In this document: positions 1-13,865 of the stretch, piece after piece | Layout: every line of letters begins with the position of its first letter | How positions within the stretch are numbered: the first letter of the stretch is position 1 | NCBI GenBank assembly: GCA_020891255.1 | Contig: BQFW01000013.1 | Location: 496,001 to 560,000 of the forward strand | DNA length: 64,000 bases | Origin: Entomortierella parvispora E1425 | Taxonomy: Eukaryota > Fungi > Mortierellomycota | Direction of reading: 5' to 3' | The notes under the pieces: generated by a model | Database searches by the model: none | Seen by the model: only the letters and a program-made list of their open reading frames with translations | Told to the model about the DNA's origin: nothing | Translations under genes and position numbers: made by a program

Positions 1-3000
1 GAATATGAGGAATGGAAGGCTGCCTTGTTTCACTGGCATCCTCCAGACGAGAACATTCCACATCTAGAATCTCTTACTATCAGCACGCCACCGGCAGTAC
101 GTGTCTTCTACCGCTGGGTTGTGCCTATCCTCAAAAAAACTCGAGATATCCAACTAACTCCTTTTGTAATATGAAAAATAGAAGAATCTGTTCCCAAGGC
201 CCCGGTACATGAGCATGGGAAGGGCTCCTGAAGGTGCACCGATGTCACCTAAACCCCGGATATCGATGGACCCTATTGTCAAATATGGAGAGCTTTTCAT
301 GCTAGGTATATGAAGGGATCACAAAAGTTGAGATCAGAAGTTGCATCCCAGTTGATGGCTGTGCCTTTATTTACACCTTTTTTGGTCTAATATAGACGTC
401 TCCTCCCGGGCCACAAGTACACAGCGGAAGGTTGCTAGTTGGAAGCGTATCCATTGCTGTATTCGGTCTAATGGTCATTTCGTTCAGTGCAACGTGGGCG
501 ATGTAGGGTTACGACTACAGAAAGAGATTCGTAGTATTTGTAGAAATGATGGCCTTCATGCCCTAACTTTCCCCGTATCTCTCCTGATTTAGAACGATAA
601 TCCATTCGAGACTATCCCTCTCATGGAGACACTCCGAACTCATATCTGGCCTTTGGATGGGAGTTTGTTTGCGAAAAAGCACTGTTTTTGCATCAAGACT
701 TTGAATGAAGTCAACTATTACACAGTATCCCTTGAGCGGTCCAGCACAGATCAGGAAGTCTTTCACTCCTGGCTCTATGCCCTCAAATCATACGCGAAAC
801 CAGAGGTGTTCGGGGCGAGCGATCAATTGGAATATCGACTGTACAGGACCTTTTCGATCACTGTTAACGACGGACGAGGGTTGCCCAGTGATCTGGAGGC
901 ATTTTGTGAAATCTGGGTAGATGATCAGAAACGGGCCAAGACCAGTACTCGGATGAAGGTTGTAAAGGGAGGTGATCCAGAGACGCCGTTCTGGCGAGAC
1001 AGTTTTGAATTCACGTGAGTCTCGCTGGTGGTAGTGTTTGATGTGGACGATTGCTTGGTTGAAAAAGCTGACGGCTTCAATCCGACTTGCCTTCTCTAGA
1101 GATCTCGCAGCGTTCAAGGTGATCACGATCTATGTCACGCATGCCAAGGGACGCAAAAAGGTCCCATTTGGCAGAGCCGATATCCCAATCCGCAAAAGCG
1201 AGGAATGCGAGGGATGGTACCCGATTTTGCAGGTGAACGAACGGACGCGTACAAAGGAGTGGGTCGGCGATTTGCGGTTGAAGCTAAAGTGTGAGGAGCA
1301 GTTTGTATTACCTGTTGGAAACTACTCTGATGTCCTCGAGGCAAGTCTTTTCCCCGTTGTTGAGAGTCAATGTACGGCAAGAAACTCATGATGCTGTTCG
1401 ATAACACTCCATTCTTGATATCTTTTTACTTTTTTTTTCTTGTTGTAGATTCTACTTAATTTTCGTGAGAATAATGTAATATCAAAACTGGCGACTCTTG
1501 TATCGGACTTGGAGGGATTCTCGAGGAACGTGTTGAGGATTTTGGAAGGCAAAGGCCTTGCGGTGGCATGGCTCAACTCTTTGATCGACGAGGAGATCTC
1601 TGAGGCTAATCCAAGTAAGTGGCGCTGCCTATTGTTTGTAGCCTTGGCCTTGGTTTGTCTGATTTCATGTTTACTGAATGATCACTCATGACGAATGGTG
1701 TACCCCTGTTGCTTCCCCCCCTCTAGTGCGAGTGAATACGCTTTTCAGGTATGGGGCCGGAAATGCTTGGTGGTTGGACTGCAACAGGATTTATAGAAAC
1801 TGACGGCTACCTTTTTTGAACCTATTAGAGGAAACACTCTCTTGACCAAGGCCCTGGATGCGTACATGCGGCTGGTTGGGACTGAATACCTAGATGATAC
1901 CCTAGGGGATATCATCAGGGGTATTTGTAAGAATAAGGTCGCTTGCGAAGTAGATCCCTCTAAACTGGAAAAAGGCGACGACCTCAACAAGCAGTGGCGC
2001 ACGCTCTTGGTCCATACGCGAACCTGCTGGAGTGCTGTTACCGCCAGTGTTAACAACTTTCCAAGGTAGTTCACCGTGTGTCTCGGAGATCTCTTGAGGA
2101 TATCAAGGATGTTGAAACTGACAATTTGTTTTTTTTTGTAAAAAAAATAGGGAGCTCCTTCAAGTGTTTTCATATCTGCAGAAAAGACTCACGGAAAAGT
2201 TTTCGGATAACAGGATCACTGGATCTGGAAAGGATACAGATTCGGACATGTCAGGGATGGCTAGATACACGGGTGTCAGTGGGTTTGTCTTTCTCCGTTT
2301 GATTTGTCCTGCTATCCTGGGGCCCAAGCTCTTTTATATCATGAGAGGTGAGCATGCTTGACTTGATTTTACTTGCCTTTTTGAGCTTGAAGTCTCAACA
2401 TCTTTCTCCAGAAGTTCTGATCTTCCTTCTTTCTGATTGTTTTTTTCCATCTCAAGAACATCCCGAGCCTAAAGCGCATAGGACTCTGACACTGATTGCA
2501 AAGGCCTTGCAGGGTCTGGCCAACCTGGTGGAATTTGGATCCAAAGAAGTCTGGATGAACCCGATGAACGTTTTCATTCTCGTAAGAAGCTGTCCTCTTG
2601 TGCCTCAATACTTCAGCCCACTCATTATCCCTTCAAAGACAGTTTCCTGACTCGTATTCTGTCCGTTGTTCTTGTAGGAGGCCATTCCAAGCCTGAAAGA
2701 CTTTATTGACAAGATCTGCGTAAGTTGAAGTGAAATCATGGTCTGCAAAGCAGATTTGGACCTTCCTTGTTCTTTTGCCAAGATTTTGAGTAACCTAATC
2801 CCTGCGTCCATCTCCCATAGCAGTCCGAACCATGCAATTCAGGAGTGGGATCATGTTCCAATTCTGTAAAATCTCTTCCGATCCTCTCACCAAATTCGCC
2901 TGGGTCCACTGGCTCTTCTCTATTCCGTGTTCAGACCAAGAATGGAAGTGTAGGGGGAGGTACAGGCGGCAGTGGTGGGAGCGGAGCCAGCACCAGCGGA

Positions 3001-3843
3001 AGCGGCTCTGGCCCAAATAACCTTGCCCCTCTGCCATCGCCCAACTCTGCGAATCGAAACTCACAAGGCTCGCGACCCCCATTCTGCAAAGAGGGGCAAC
3101 ATCCGTTGGGACCGATTGAAAACGGAATGTTGGACTCGAGTCAGGATCTGCCGTTACTACCTCATCTCATCGACCTCGGGAAGGAATTAGCGACGTTCTC
3201 GGGCACAGTGGCTCGTGTCATCCCTTGGAAGGATGTCTACAGTGACGATGAGGTTGAAGAGGAGGAAGATGAGGATGATGGCACTACCTTGGTCGGCGGT
3301 AACGGCAACGGCAATGGGAACGGCAGTGGCAACGGAAACGGCCACGGAAACGGCCACGGGCATGGTAATGGAAACGACCATGATCACGGAAACGGCCATG
3401 GGAACGGCCACAAGGATGGTGTCGCCCATAGAGCTCTCCTTGTGAATGATCGTTGCGAAGGAGATATCCTACGCATCGTTGGCCGTGCCTGCTGGGATGT
3501 GATCCAGACTGTCAAAGAACGTGTGGAGCTCAGTGTCGAACTGGAGCAGCAGGCCCACACCCGGGCAACCGGCGGAGGCATCTTTCAGCAGTATCAACAT
3601 CCCTTTGGACAAAACCACCACTCGCAACCTTTACATAAACAACAGCAGCCTCCTCTTCATGGAAACGGCAAGATCTCTCGCGAGGGTTCGCGCGACGGCG
3701 ACTTTCAATCTTTTTCCCACGAACATTTTTTCCACGCTCATCTCGACCATGATCTGGAGCACCCGGACGTCTTCATGCGAGGAGGCGGTTTTGACAGCGA
3801 TGATGAGTCCTTTGGCCAAATATCAGGACATGAAGTAGCCTAA
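1..3843 (+). CDS. Ras GTPase-activating protein (PH + C2 + RasGAP, Bud2/Cla2-like); multi-exon, 5' end lies upstream of the window
   Basis: Window opens in a coding frame (EYEEWKAALFHWHPP). Spliced exons give a PH-like segment (HIWPLDGSLFAKKHCFCIK), a C2 segment (PFWRDSFEF, KVPFGRADIPI) and RasGAP motifs (LFRGNTLLTKALDAYMRLVG, GFVFLRLICPAILGPKLF, RTLTLIAKALQGLANLVEFGSKEVWMNPMNVFI). About 11 introns, including GC-AG 1341-1448. Last exon is ORF 2845-3843 with GN/GH low complexity. Confidence 0.9.
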
Positions 3844-4247
3844 AATGGCCCTCCAAGAAGATGGACAAGAAGAGGACATTTCTCTACTTTTTCCATCTTC
3901 TTGCTGTACTATCTTTTTCTTTTTCTTTGTTTCTCTCTCTTTTTTTTCTTTTTCTGGGCTCTCGGTCCACTGTACTTTTCAACATACCTTGTTTCGCTTA
4001 TTCACACAAGTAAAAAAATATTCCTCATCTGTCCACCTTTTCCCCAAAAACAAAACGAAGGCAAGGTCAACCTATGTCCTGCACTTCCATCACAGACAGC
4101 GCGTCAAGAATAAAAAAAGATGTAATATTTCTTTTTCGCTTTAGAAATAAAAAACGTTCTTTGAATGCATACAATAAAAAAAAAAAGATAATCTACACCG
4201 TCCAGAATCCGTTCATCGAGGACCCAGGGTTGGATTAGTTGTTGTTT

Positions 4248-6641
4248 TTAATGGCTCACCAGCTGAACCGTCAGCTCGCCCGTGCCTTCTGCCTTGCCAT
4301 CCAGATCCAAAAAAGACTGGAGACGCTGATGGATAATGGCCAACAGACTCTGTTCATCCGAGCCCTTTGCCACGCTGACCATCAAGGTCCCGATCAATTG
4401 TCCATAAGTGTTGGTCCAGACATGAGCCCGCTCCAAGCGCAAGATGGCCGGGTTAGCCGCCGACAAATGACGAATTGCCTCCTCCACGTTTTCAAGAGCC
4501 TTGGGAGGGGTGGTCTGCAAGACCAGCATGCCCAACACCTTGGCCAAGGGTCCTCCCAAAGCAAACATGGCCAACGATTGTCCAATTGCGACCATTTTGT
4601 CCAAGCTGTCCATATGGGGGAACATGGCTACCACAACCACTCCGACCACGCAGCTCAAACTGAGAAGCGTAAACTGATTGGCAACCAAGCCCATCAGCCC
4701 AGAGGAGGAAGCATGTCTATAGGCTGCCTGGGTCGAAGACAACGAGTTCGAGTTGAGAACTATAAAAGAAAAAAAAACCAATTGTGACAGAGTGTAAGGA
4801 TCAAGAGAAAGAATCAACTTTGGATTAGACTTGTTAACACTTACGGAGACAGAACTGCTTGTGGTTTTGGTATCCCAAAGAAGAGATCAAAGTAGCAGCC
4901 AATGCAATGACAGTCCAGAAAAGAGGGACGCGAACAACACTGGAGTCATAGATGCAAGAGAACGCAAATATCAGTACAAATAGCCAATCATTCACAATAG
5001 ACATGCATTCCGAGCAGTATTAAAAACGTACGCTCCATGATCGCCTCCGTGATGATCGTCCTCCAACATCAAATGTTCAAGACTCTCCTTGAGCATGTTC
5101 ATGCCGATAAAGAGCAAGAAAATGGCGTTGAACAACCCAAACAAGATCTCGAACCGTTGTACGCTACATTGAGTCAAGAGATGCGCAGTGTTAGAAACAA
5201 AGGGTCTATAATGCAAATAAGACCATCGGATAGATTGGAGATCAATCCCTACCCGAAAGGATGCTTGACAGTCGACCTCCTGAGGTTGATATCGGTATGA
5301 ACAACGCTCGATACAAAAGTATTCAACACTCCAAAGGCGTCAAACAAGAGCATGTAGGACAATCCAATAATGGCTACGGGGCCAAATCAAATAAAAAAAC
5401 GCCCTCTTTGTTAGAAATAGTTTTTGAATTTGTCTCTAGATTGCCATTGGATATCCGATCCAAGAACGTCCACTTACATAATGATCCGGCGCGCATTCCT
5501 GAAAGCCAAGTCATGACGGCAATTGTTGAGTGAACCAAGATCCAGGTGAACATTGTCTTTTGTCTGGGCATCAAGGACCCAAAGATCTCGCCATAGGATG
5601 GCAGCTGCGATCGGAAACTGACTGGATGGTGTACATGTGCATGGCCATGACCATGATCGTGATCGTGGTGATGTCCATGATCGTGACCGTGACCGTGGCT
5701 GTGGTCGTGGTCGTGGTCGTGGTGATGTCCATGATCGTGGGCGTGGCTATGGCCGTGATGAGGGCCGTGGTCGTGTCCATGGTTGTGTCCTGCAGTCCCA
5801 TGGCTGTGATTATGGTGATCATGGTGGTCATGACCGTGTCCATGGTAATCGTGATCGTGCCCATGATGATCGTGGTGCTGGTGCGAGTGGCTATCATGGC
5901 TGTGGTGCGCGTGCGAGTCATGATCCAGGCCAAAAAGACCACCAACCGGCGCTGGTGTTTGGAACCCATTGATCTGACTTATGCTTGGGCCATGATCATG
6001 GCCGTGATGTTGATGGCTATGATCCTGGTGACTATGGCCGTGGTTAGGGCCATGGTTATGGGTATCGTGACTATGACTGTGGCCCTGATGCTGATGCTGA
6101 AGCTGATCAAACACGCTATGCTCATGAGCATGTCCATGTCCAGTTCCGTGTCCGTGGCCATGAGCGGTTGATGATGATGCTGAGAAGGGTATATTTCCGT
6201 TCACGGTGTTTGCGTTCACTGATGCAGACGACATAGGGGCAGCGCCAGTCTAGGGAACAAAAATAGGTCATCATGGACGTTAGCTTTTTACATGTGGTTC
6301 AAAAAACGACATTGGCACAACGGAAAAAACGTCAGAAAAAGTGCATGCATCCCCATCCTCACCAATGGCTTTTTCAACTGCAAGAGACTATTTCCGCTGG
6401 AGCTGGCGACAGCGGAGCCGAGTCCGATGGAGGGTGATGACATGCCGGTCCTCAGCCCTTGACCAGCCAAGGGGTTGAGATGAGGCTGGTGCTGATGACC
6501 AGGGGCGGGATGGTTGTGATGGTGATGGCCCTGGTGGTGGTGGCCATGAGTGTCGACAGCGACGGTGGAGGATGCAGCGGCGGCAGCGGCGGCGACAAAG
6601 GGCGAATGGGTCCTTCGCAGCAGCTGTGGGCTTGAGTCCAT
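4248..6641 (-). CDS. Cation diffusion facilitator zinc transporter, Zrg17/ZnT6-type, with very long His-rich N-terminus
   Basis: Start MDSSPQ at 6641, intron, then His-rich ORF 5374-6234. TM segments include SIIGLSYMLLFDAFG and HPFGVQRFEILFGLFNAIFLLFIGMNMLKESLEHL (CDF signature). C-terminal domain MLVLQTTPP..HLSAANPAILRLERAHVWTNTYGQLIGTLMVSV. The LLFD in place of an HxxxD metal site points to the Zrg17/ZnT6 branch. Confidence 0.85.
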
Positions 6642-7300
6642 GGTTGCTGGATGAGAGGGGGTGCTGGGTCCGCTTAGGAGGAAGAGGAGAGGAAGCAAGG
6701 AAGGAAGGAAGGAAGGAAGGGAGGAGACAAAGGAATGAGACAGAGGGAGAAGACAGAAGGAGAGAAGGGGTCAAAAGTATCAAAGCGGCGGTCAAGAATA
6801 GATTTGTGTGCCTTCCTGGCGTGTTTAATTGCCTGCCAGTCAGACACCAGCTGGACATGGCACAGATCCCGCCCACGTTGCTGCACGCGCGCTGGTGGGT
6901 GGGGCGCAACGTTCGATGCTTCTTGTGTGCCTTGCTCTCTCTTCTCTCTTCTCTCTTCTCTCTTTCTTTTCTCTTTTGGTCGATCGCTCTCTCTCTTTGC
7001 TTCTGTCTCTGTCTGTCCCCTTCTTTCCTCGGGTCGATTCTCTCTCCTGGAGCTTTGGTCCGTTCGATCAGAGTTTGCCTTCTTGCTTCGTCTGTGTCGT
7101 GCTCATCTTGATCAAAGTTGGCTTAGTTGACCCAGAGTAAACTATTCACTACTCAAGATGTATCACGTGCATCGTTTTACCAGGGATTTCTGCTTCCCCA
7201 CCGTTGTTGATCGGATCTGATCATCCCTACAAGTTCAGCGCACCACCCGCCATTCATCTCTTCTTTCTTCACTTCCACTCTTCTTTTGTCCTTTGTTCCC

Positions 7301-8751
7301 ATGAGCGACATCTCCGCCTCAGCATCGACCTTGGCTGTCGTCCCCACTGCTCCCAAGCAGGCCACCCTGCTGCAGTGCATGCTGGTGAGGCCCTGCATCC
7401 TGATCACTCTCCTCCTCAACGGCTGAACTGACCCCCACCTTTCGTCAACAACCCCTCCCGGTTGGACTCCTTCCTCACTCTCTTTCACTCACCCAAATCA
7501 AACCCCTTGCTCCCTACCTCTATAGTCTGGAGCCATGGCGGGAACTGCCGTCGACACTGCTCTCTTCCCCCTCGACACCCTCAAGACCCGTCTCCAGTCC
7601 AAGGCTGGTTTCGCTGCCTCGGGTGGATTCAGAGGAGTCTACTCTGGTTTGACCAGTGCCGTCATTGGAAGTGCACCTGGTGGTAAGGACAAATTCGCAC
7701 CTTCCAAGAGCTTGTCGCGACCCAGCACCTGGGAGAACTGGACGGTGGCGCTTTTCTTGAATGACTTTATTTTCGATCTAACCGTGTTGAGATCTGCCCC
7801 GACTTTTCCTCCCTAGCCTCCATGTTCTTTGTCACTTACGAAGGACTCAAGAAGACTCTAACAACTGTCTTGCCTGATCCTCAGTATGCCCCTGTGGTTC
7901 ATATGATGTCTGCATCTGGAGGAGAGATTGTAAGTTGGCGTTCCTTATCAGATTCCCACAATTTTTTGATTCTTCACTCCACATTTTTTTTTTTTTTCAA
8001 AAGCTGACTCTGTGACGAGGAGCCCATCAGCCATGCGGGTGATTTAGGGTCCTGAGGTACGTTTATTAACTCTAACCACGACGCCTCACATTTGCGGCAT
8101 GTCCTCTTTTAGGCTGCATGCTTTGTCAGAGTGCCTACAGAGGTGATCAAGCAGAGAATGCAGACCAAGCAATTCCAGACCACGAGCGCAGCCGTCAAGT
8201 CTGTCATCCATAACGAGGGCATTCTGGGCTTTTACCGCGGTTACTTCAGCACGGTTGCTCGCGAGGTACACACGGGACTTTTTGCAGAGGAGCTCTTCAT
8301 GGTCGAATCTTGATCCGTGTTCGTTTTACTTATACTCTTTACTTGCTATTCTCTCTTCTAGATCCCCTTTACGTGCATCCAGTTCCCATTGTACGAGTAC
8401 ATGAAGAAGACATATGCTCACGCGACCCAGAGAAAGCAGGTGGATCCTTGGGAGGCTGCCATCTGTGGTTCTATTGCTGGAGGTATTGCGGCTGGTATCA
8501 CCACACCCTTGGATGTGATCAAGACGCGTCTCATGTTGAGTCAAAGGAATGCCACTGTCGGCGCTGCTGGAGCACCCAACGCTGCCTACTACTCTGGAAT
8601 TATTCCCACCTTTAAGCGGATTCTGGCTGAGGAGGGTCCTAGAGCCTTGTTCTCAGGTATTGGGCCCCGTGTCATGTGGATTTCGATCGGTGGAAGTATC
8701 TTCTTGGGTGTTTATGAGAAGGCCAAGGTTGCGCTTGCGGACCGCGATTAA
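7301..8751 (+). CDS. SAM5: Mitochondrial S-adenosylmethionine carrier (SLC25A26/Sam5/Pet8)
   Basis: Exon 1 MSDISAS..QCML at 7301 joins [42 protein letters not shown]. Three PxD/ExxKxRLQ carrier repeats ([21 protein letters not shown]). Ends [24 protein letters not shown]. Four introns. Confidence 0.92.
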
Positions 8752-9019
8752 GAAATGGGGAATTTGAAGAACCAGTCAATCATCATCACCAGCATCATAT
8801 CGGATTCATGGACTAGTCCCACTAAAGTTGTTCGACAGCGGATATTTTTGTCCACCTCGCTAGACGAAACAGAGGGTACCCATTCCCTCATAATTGTAAC
8901 ATAGGCTACTTAGCATTCAAAAAAAAAACATCATTTCTCCCCTCAAACACTCATGGCCAGCTGTGCGTGCGCATGATATATATCATCAAGATAGAGTAGG
9001 TGCTACGGTGCTTATTATT

Positions 9020-12000
9020 CTAAACGCTACTGGCTTGCGAGAAGGAGATGACGGATGGGGAGTCTGATTTCTTGGTCAAGACCTTGAGTTCTCGTACTAC
9101 AGGAACGTTTCCTCGCAGGCCCTTAAACCTACATTCCACAGTCCTGGCTTCTGAAAACCGACTTCTCAAACGAGTTACCGCCTATTTTTTCAAAGAGGAA
9201 GAGTTGGAGTATTAGATTGGCACAAAGATGAGAAATGAAGGCAATTTGCATCTCATGAGTAAAAGAAAAGACAGAGCTTGGTCCGCTGGCAACCCTTACC
9301 TCGCGCGCTTCTGACTCTTTGTCACGGACGAGTCGACGAAACTGAGCAATAGAAATATCAAACATTTTCTCAATAACGTCCTGATCCAGTACACCTTCAA
9401 ACATTTCGTTCAAAGATTCTTCGCTTGAAAGCCGAGCTATAACCTCCGGGTCTACCAGCGAAGGCTCCGTCGCAGGCAGTAGGATGATGGGGATGGAAAC
9501 TGACAGAGTCGTCAAAGAGAATTTCCCAAGTTTGTGGACTCGTGCCTAAAAAAAAGGAAAAAGTCTTTAAGTAAATGTCTTCAAAAAAGCAATGGGGGTT
9601 CGCGTCTTTAGATAGATTTCCCCTTTACCTTGGTTCTGACTTCCATGCCCTCCTGAACCATCTTTGCAACTTGCTGCACTTCAACTTCAGGGACAGTCAC
9701 CGCTTTCAAAATGCCAAAATCATCCATGTCATCCATATCAAACTCCAATAGTGTTTCCTCCTGTTTGATGACAGTGACAGAGTTGTCACGTACAAGGGTC
9801 GGGACCACATTGCTGCCTGCCTCCAGCCCTGGCTCCGTCTTGATCACCCGATGGATATCCAGCGACTTTACTTCTTCCTGGCAAGACATCTTTACAGGAA
9901 CAGCAGGCGCCACATCGTCATCGTCATCAGAAGACAAGGCAATAGCTTCCTGATAGGTTGATCCACCGCTGCGCTTGTCAAAAGTGTCAACCGCATTCGT
10001 GCTGGGTTCATTTTGTTTGGTCGCTGGTTGTGCTTCCGGCGAGGCACGGGTCGGTGTCGGTTGAGGTGATATACGAGTCAGTGCAGGTTCCTGTGATGCA
10101 CGGGTAGATGTCACTACAGGAGACATACGAGCAGGTGTCGCTACAGGAGACATACGAGCAGGTGTCGCTACAGGAGACATACGAGCAGGTGTCGCTTCAG
10201 GAGACATACGAGCAGGTGTCGCTTCAGGAGACATACGAGCAGGTGTCGCTTCAGGAGACATACGAGCAGGCGTCGCTTCAAGCAAAGTACGGCTCGGTAG
10301 CGCCACAGGTGATGCAGTGGTCAGTAGTGCTTCGGGTGACGTACGGGCGGATGTACCTCGTTGCTCAAGCTCGGATTCCGCAATCATTGTTGCTGTTGGA
10401 GGTTCCTCGGCAGTTGTGGTTTGGACGTCTTCCATACTCCTGGATTCAACAGCAGTCGCTGGTTGGTGTATCTGTTCGCTCTCGAAAGCCGGCTCGAGCT
10501 CATCAGTTGGGATGGCCTCGCTCTTCACCACCATTTCAGTCTTGACGCGAACTAGCTCCAGTTTCAACTCTTCCCCAGACAGTTTCTCCGGATTCTCAGC
10601 GAGATTCCTGGACGCACTCTCTACAGGAGAGCTCTCTCGACTTTGACTGATCTTGATCTCTTGCTTTATATCTTCACTTTCCTCCAACGGTTCAATATCG
10701 CCGCTGAGGACAGGTAACATTTCAGTTTTGACGTCAACAAGAGCTTTCTCCTTCGTATCGACGTCCATCGACTCCACCCTTCTAGGCAGCAGTGAGAACG
10801 ACTGTGACCGTCGTCGGTTCGTATAGCCATCCTCTGGTTTTTTATCCTCTTCCTCGTCCTGGGCTCCTCGCTTCTGAGAAAGGGCTCCGAAACTGAAAAC
10901 ATCATCCTCAAAAGGCATATAGTCGTTGTCCTCAAAGTCATCGAGGATGGGGCTGGTATGTCGTCTGAAGAGCCATTCTGAGGTGTCGTCCCTGTAATCC
11001 TCATCTTCAATATTCGCCATCATTTTCTCATAGTCCACTCGCGGTGGCAGATCGTCACTGTCAATGATATTGTCCATTTTCTGCCACCCGTCGTCATCTA
11101 AATCCAATATTGGGGATTGGCTCAGTGACCTCGGACGATCGGCAAATGGATCAATATCCATGTCATTCTTCCTATGCCCTCCTTCCTCCGTGTCACTGTC
11201 GGTGTCGCTGTATGGTCTTTTCTCATTGCGTGTCGACTGCGAAAAGCTCTCTACTTCCCATGTTCCCCGTGGACGGTCCGTACGCTTTGGCTGTGGCGAT
11301 GCACGTGGCGCTCGGAGACTCAAGATTCGTTTCTTTGCCGGCGATCGAGTAGCGATGAGCGGAGGACTCTCTTTTCTCCAGTCTCGGGTACGTGGCTGTG
11401 GTGTTCCATTCAGTAGTTGCGGGGGCATAGTGGGTTGGCGGTTTGTCGGTTGTGAGGTCACTAGCTCCTCTACTGAGAGTTGGGATAGGACAGCCCAGTT
11501 TCCAATGTCATCATCAACGTCCATGTCATTGAATTGGTCCCACTGTGGCTCTTCTTGCCACTGGAATTGATCATGATCCTCTCGTTGCACTTGATCGTAA
11601 GCGGGAGGCGGTGTAGTTAACGGCGGCTGTTGTCCGGGAGGTGCCACACGCCAAGGATTTGGTATATCTCGATTAACATTGTGAGGTGCTAGTGTAGTAC
11701 TGTTGACTCTAGTCGTGGAGGACCCAAATGTGGTATTCACGGCAGGTATAGCGTCTGCTGCAGTCACTGCGGGCTGATGGTTACTCCAGATATTGTTTGT
11801 GGGGGGGATGGTCCGTGCTGGCTGTGGGATCATAGCAAGGGGTGTCCTGGCTCTCACTGGAGCCAATGAATTGGCTCCTGGGGGTCGTGGGGCTGCTGCA
11901 GCATTTGGCAAGAGGCTAGACATACCAGAATGAGGCAAAAAGTTAGCTCTCTATGTAGATCCATTAGTGATGGCGATCGTATAAGGTTCTTGGGTACAGA

Positions 12001-12797
12001 CATACCCGAGTCGTTCCTGCATCTTGTACATGATGGCTTCAATCCTAGGCTTTTCGTTCAGCTCTGCGACCTCTCCTCCCAACAATACTGTATTCTTTGA
12101 GTCTAATTGAAGGATCCCATGACGGAATTCAACATCTTGCACTCTGATCTATAGTTCAAAAAAAAACGTACACACACTACGAGTTAACAAAATAATTTCG
12201 TCCGCCGAGATTCCGATCCTCCTTGATGGTGCTATCCATATCATAACTAAAAGTTACCTTGGCGCCCAATTGAATATCGATCGCGATCCCAGGTATCTCG
12301 GACATGATCATCGCCTTTGCCTTGCGCACACCATCCGTCACATCTAGGGCCAAGAAACTTTTTGGCAAATATTTCTTTTCAGCCACAGGTCCATTTCCTG
12401 GATCGTCGGCCGCTGCTCCTCTGGCAGCCTCAACAGCTTCCACGGCCTCGAGCATTCTGAGCGAACTCAAGCCGACATCCCGAATATCCAAGATCTGCAA
12501 GATGACACCCCCTTCATCGTTTTTCCCTGAAGGATCTCGAGGTTTGTTGGGACCGAGGCTGGGAAAGAGGCGTTGCTTGTGCGGGGTGACGTTCGTGCTG
12601 GGGAGGATGGGTTTTGGGTCTAGGGTACGAAAGTCGGCAAGGAGGTACATCTGGTAGAGATGGTGGACGAGTTGCTGATCTGTGCTGGCAGGGTGGGTGG
12701 CTGTACGGTCTGCAACGCATTGCCTGGTCCACTCGACGGACGCATTGACTCCGCGCGCACGAATGGCGTTGCGGATCAGGAGGTCGTCATGCGGCAT
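9020..12797 (-). CDS. RMI1: RecQ-mediated genome instability protein 1 (N-terminal helical + OB fold, long disordered linker, C-terminal OB-like region)
   Basis: N-terminus LYQMYLLADFR, ILQILDIRDVG, LALDVTDGVRKAKAMIMSEIPGIAIDIQLGAKV and DVEFRHGILQLDSKNTVLLGGEVAELNE match the RMI1 OB1 pattern. ORF 9608-11938 is the linker and ORF 9129-9515 the C-terminal domain. The final exon and stop at 9020 are inferred. Confidence 0.8.
10117..10278 (-). repeat. Coding minisatellite, 6 x 27 bp, encoding (E/V)ATPARMSP in RMI1
   Basis: Plus-strand unit caggagacatacgagcaggtgtcgct(a/t) repeated six times in tandem. Confidence 0.95.
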
Positions 12798-13110
12798 GCG
12801 AAAACAGCACGGGAGGGGAGGAAGGTTAGGAAGAGAGAAGGGAGGAGAGACGAAAAGACCGATGAACGGGGGAAAGGAAGGAAGAGGAGGATGGAGAAAG
12901 GGGATGCAAGGAAGAAGGTCAAACGAACAGGCACCAGCGACGCGTGCCTGACAGGGGAGGTCTGTTTGTGTTTTCTGAGATGCAAATTGGTGGCGCTTCG
13001 GTGCTCTTTCTTTCTTCTTTCGCGTCCCTCTGACTTTTGACGCATGGCTGCCCCTGGCTCTTCTTCCATTTGTCCTGCCTCTTGTCCTTCCTTCCCTTTT
13101 TCATTCCTCA

Positions 13111-13711
13111 ATGTCGTCTACTTCACGCACTGTCTTTGTCACCGTCGGGTCCACGCGCTTTGACAAGCTCATTGCTGCCGTGTCCTCGCAGCCCATCCTG
13201 CATCTACTCCATTCCCTGGGCTACACTCATGTCACCATGCAGCATGGAGCTGGACCTGCACCCACTTCCGCAGCCAGTTCAGCCACCGCTATTGGGGTTG
13301 ATTCTTACAACTACAAACCCAACTTGCACCAGGATATGGAAGAAGCAGATCTTGTCATTAGTCATGCAGGTCAGTGCCGTTGAGCCGCCGAACAGAGCAC
13401 TGACTTTTTTTTTGATTAAAACGAAGGGTGATTGAAGTTCTAACCATCTTGAATTCCCAACAGGCTCTGGCTCGATTCTGGAGGCTCTCCGACTTCACAA
13501 GAAGCTCATCGTGGTCGTCAATGAGGAGCTCATGCACAACCACCAACTGGAGCTTGGATCTGCTTTGCAAGAACAGAAATACCTGGTTTGCTGTACCACT
13601 GATCAGCTTGAAAAGGCTCTCAGCGCCAAAGAATACGAATCACTCCAGCCCTTCCCAGAGCCAAATCCTTCAGTCTTTGCAAACCTCTTGGACCGACAAC
13701 TTGGACTTTGA
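13111..13711 (+). CDS. ALG13: UDP-N-acetylglucosamine transferase catalytic subunit
   Basis: VFVTVGSTRFDKLI..ADLVISHAG / SGSILEALRLHKKLIVVVNEELMHNHQLELG. One intron, 13370-13463. Confidence 0.95.
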
Positions 13712-13865
13712 TTCTTGTAGCCCTTATACCCCTCGTTCACTTCACTCTTCAACAAGACATTAAAAGCGTAACATTATTTGATTCATTGATATTTTGCTAA
13801 TTTGCTATGGAGCGCTAAACGATCGCCTGAATGATGAATGCCTGACATCGATGAATCCGCCTGGG

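Noticed and set aside
5530-6171. Met/Val-rich hydrophobic plus-strand ORFs
   Set aside because: They are the reverse complement of the His-codon repeats of the zinc transporter.
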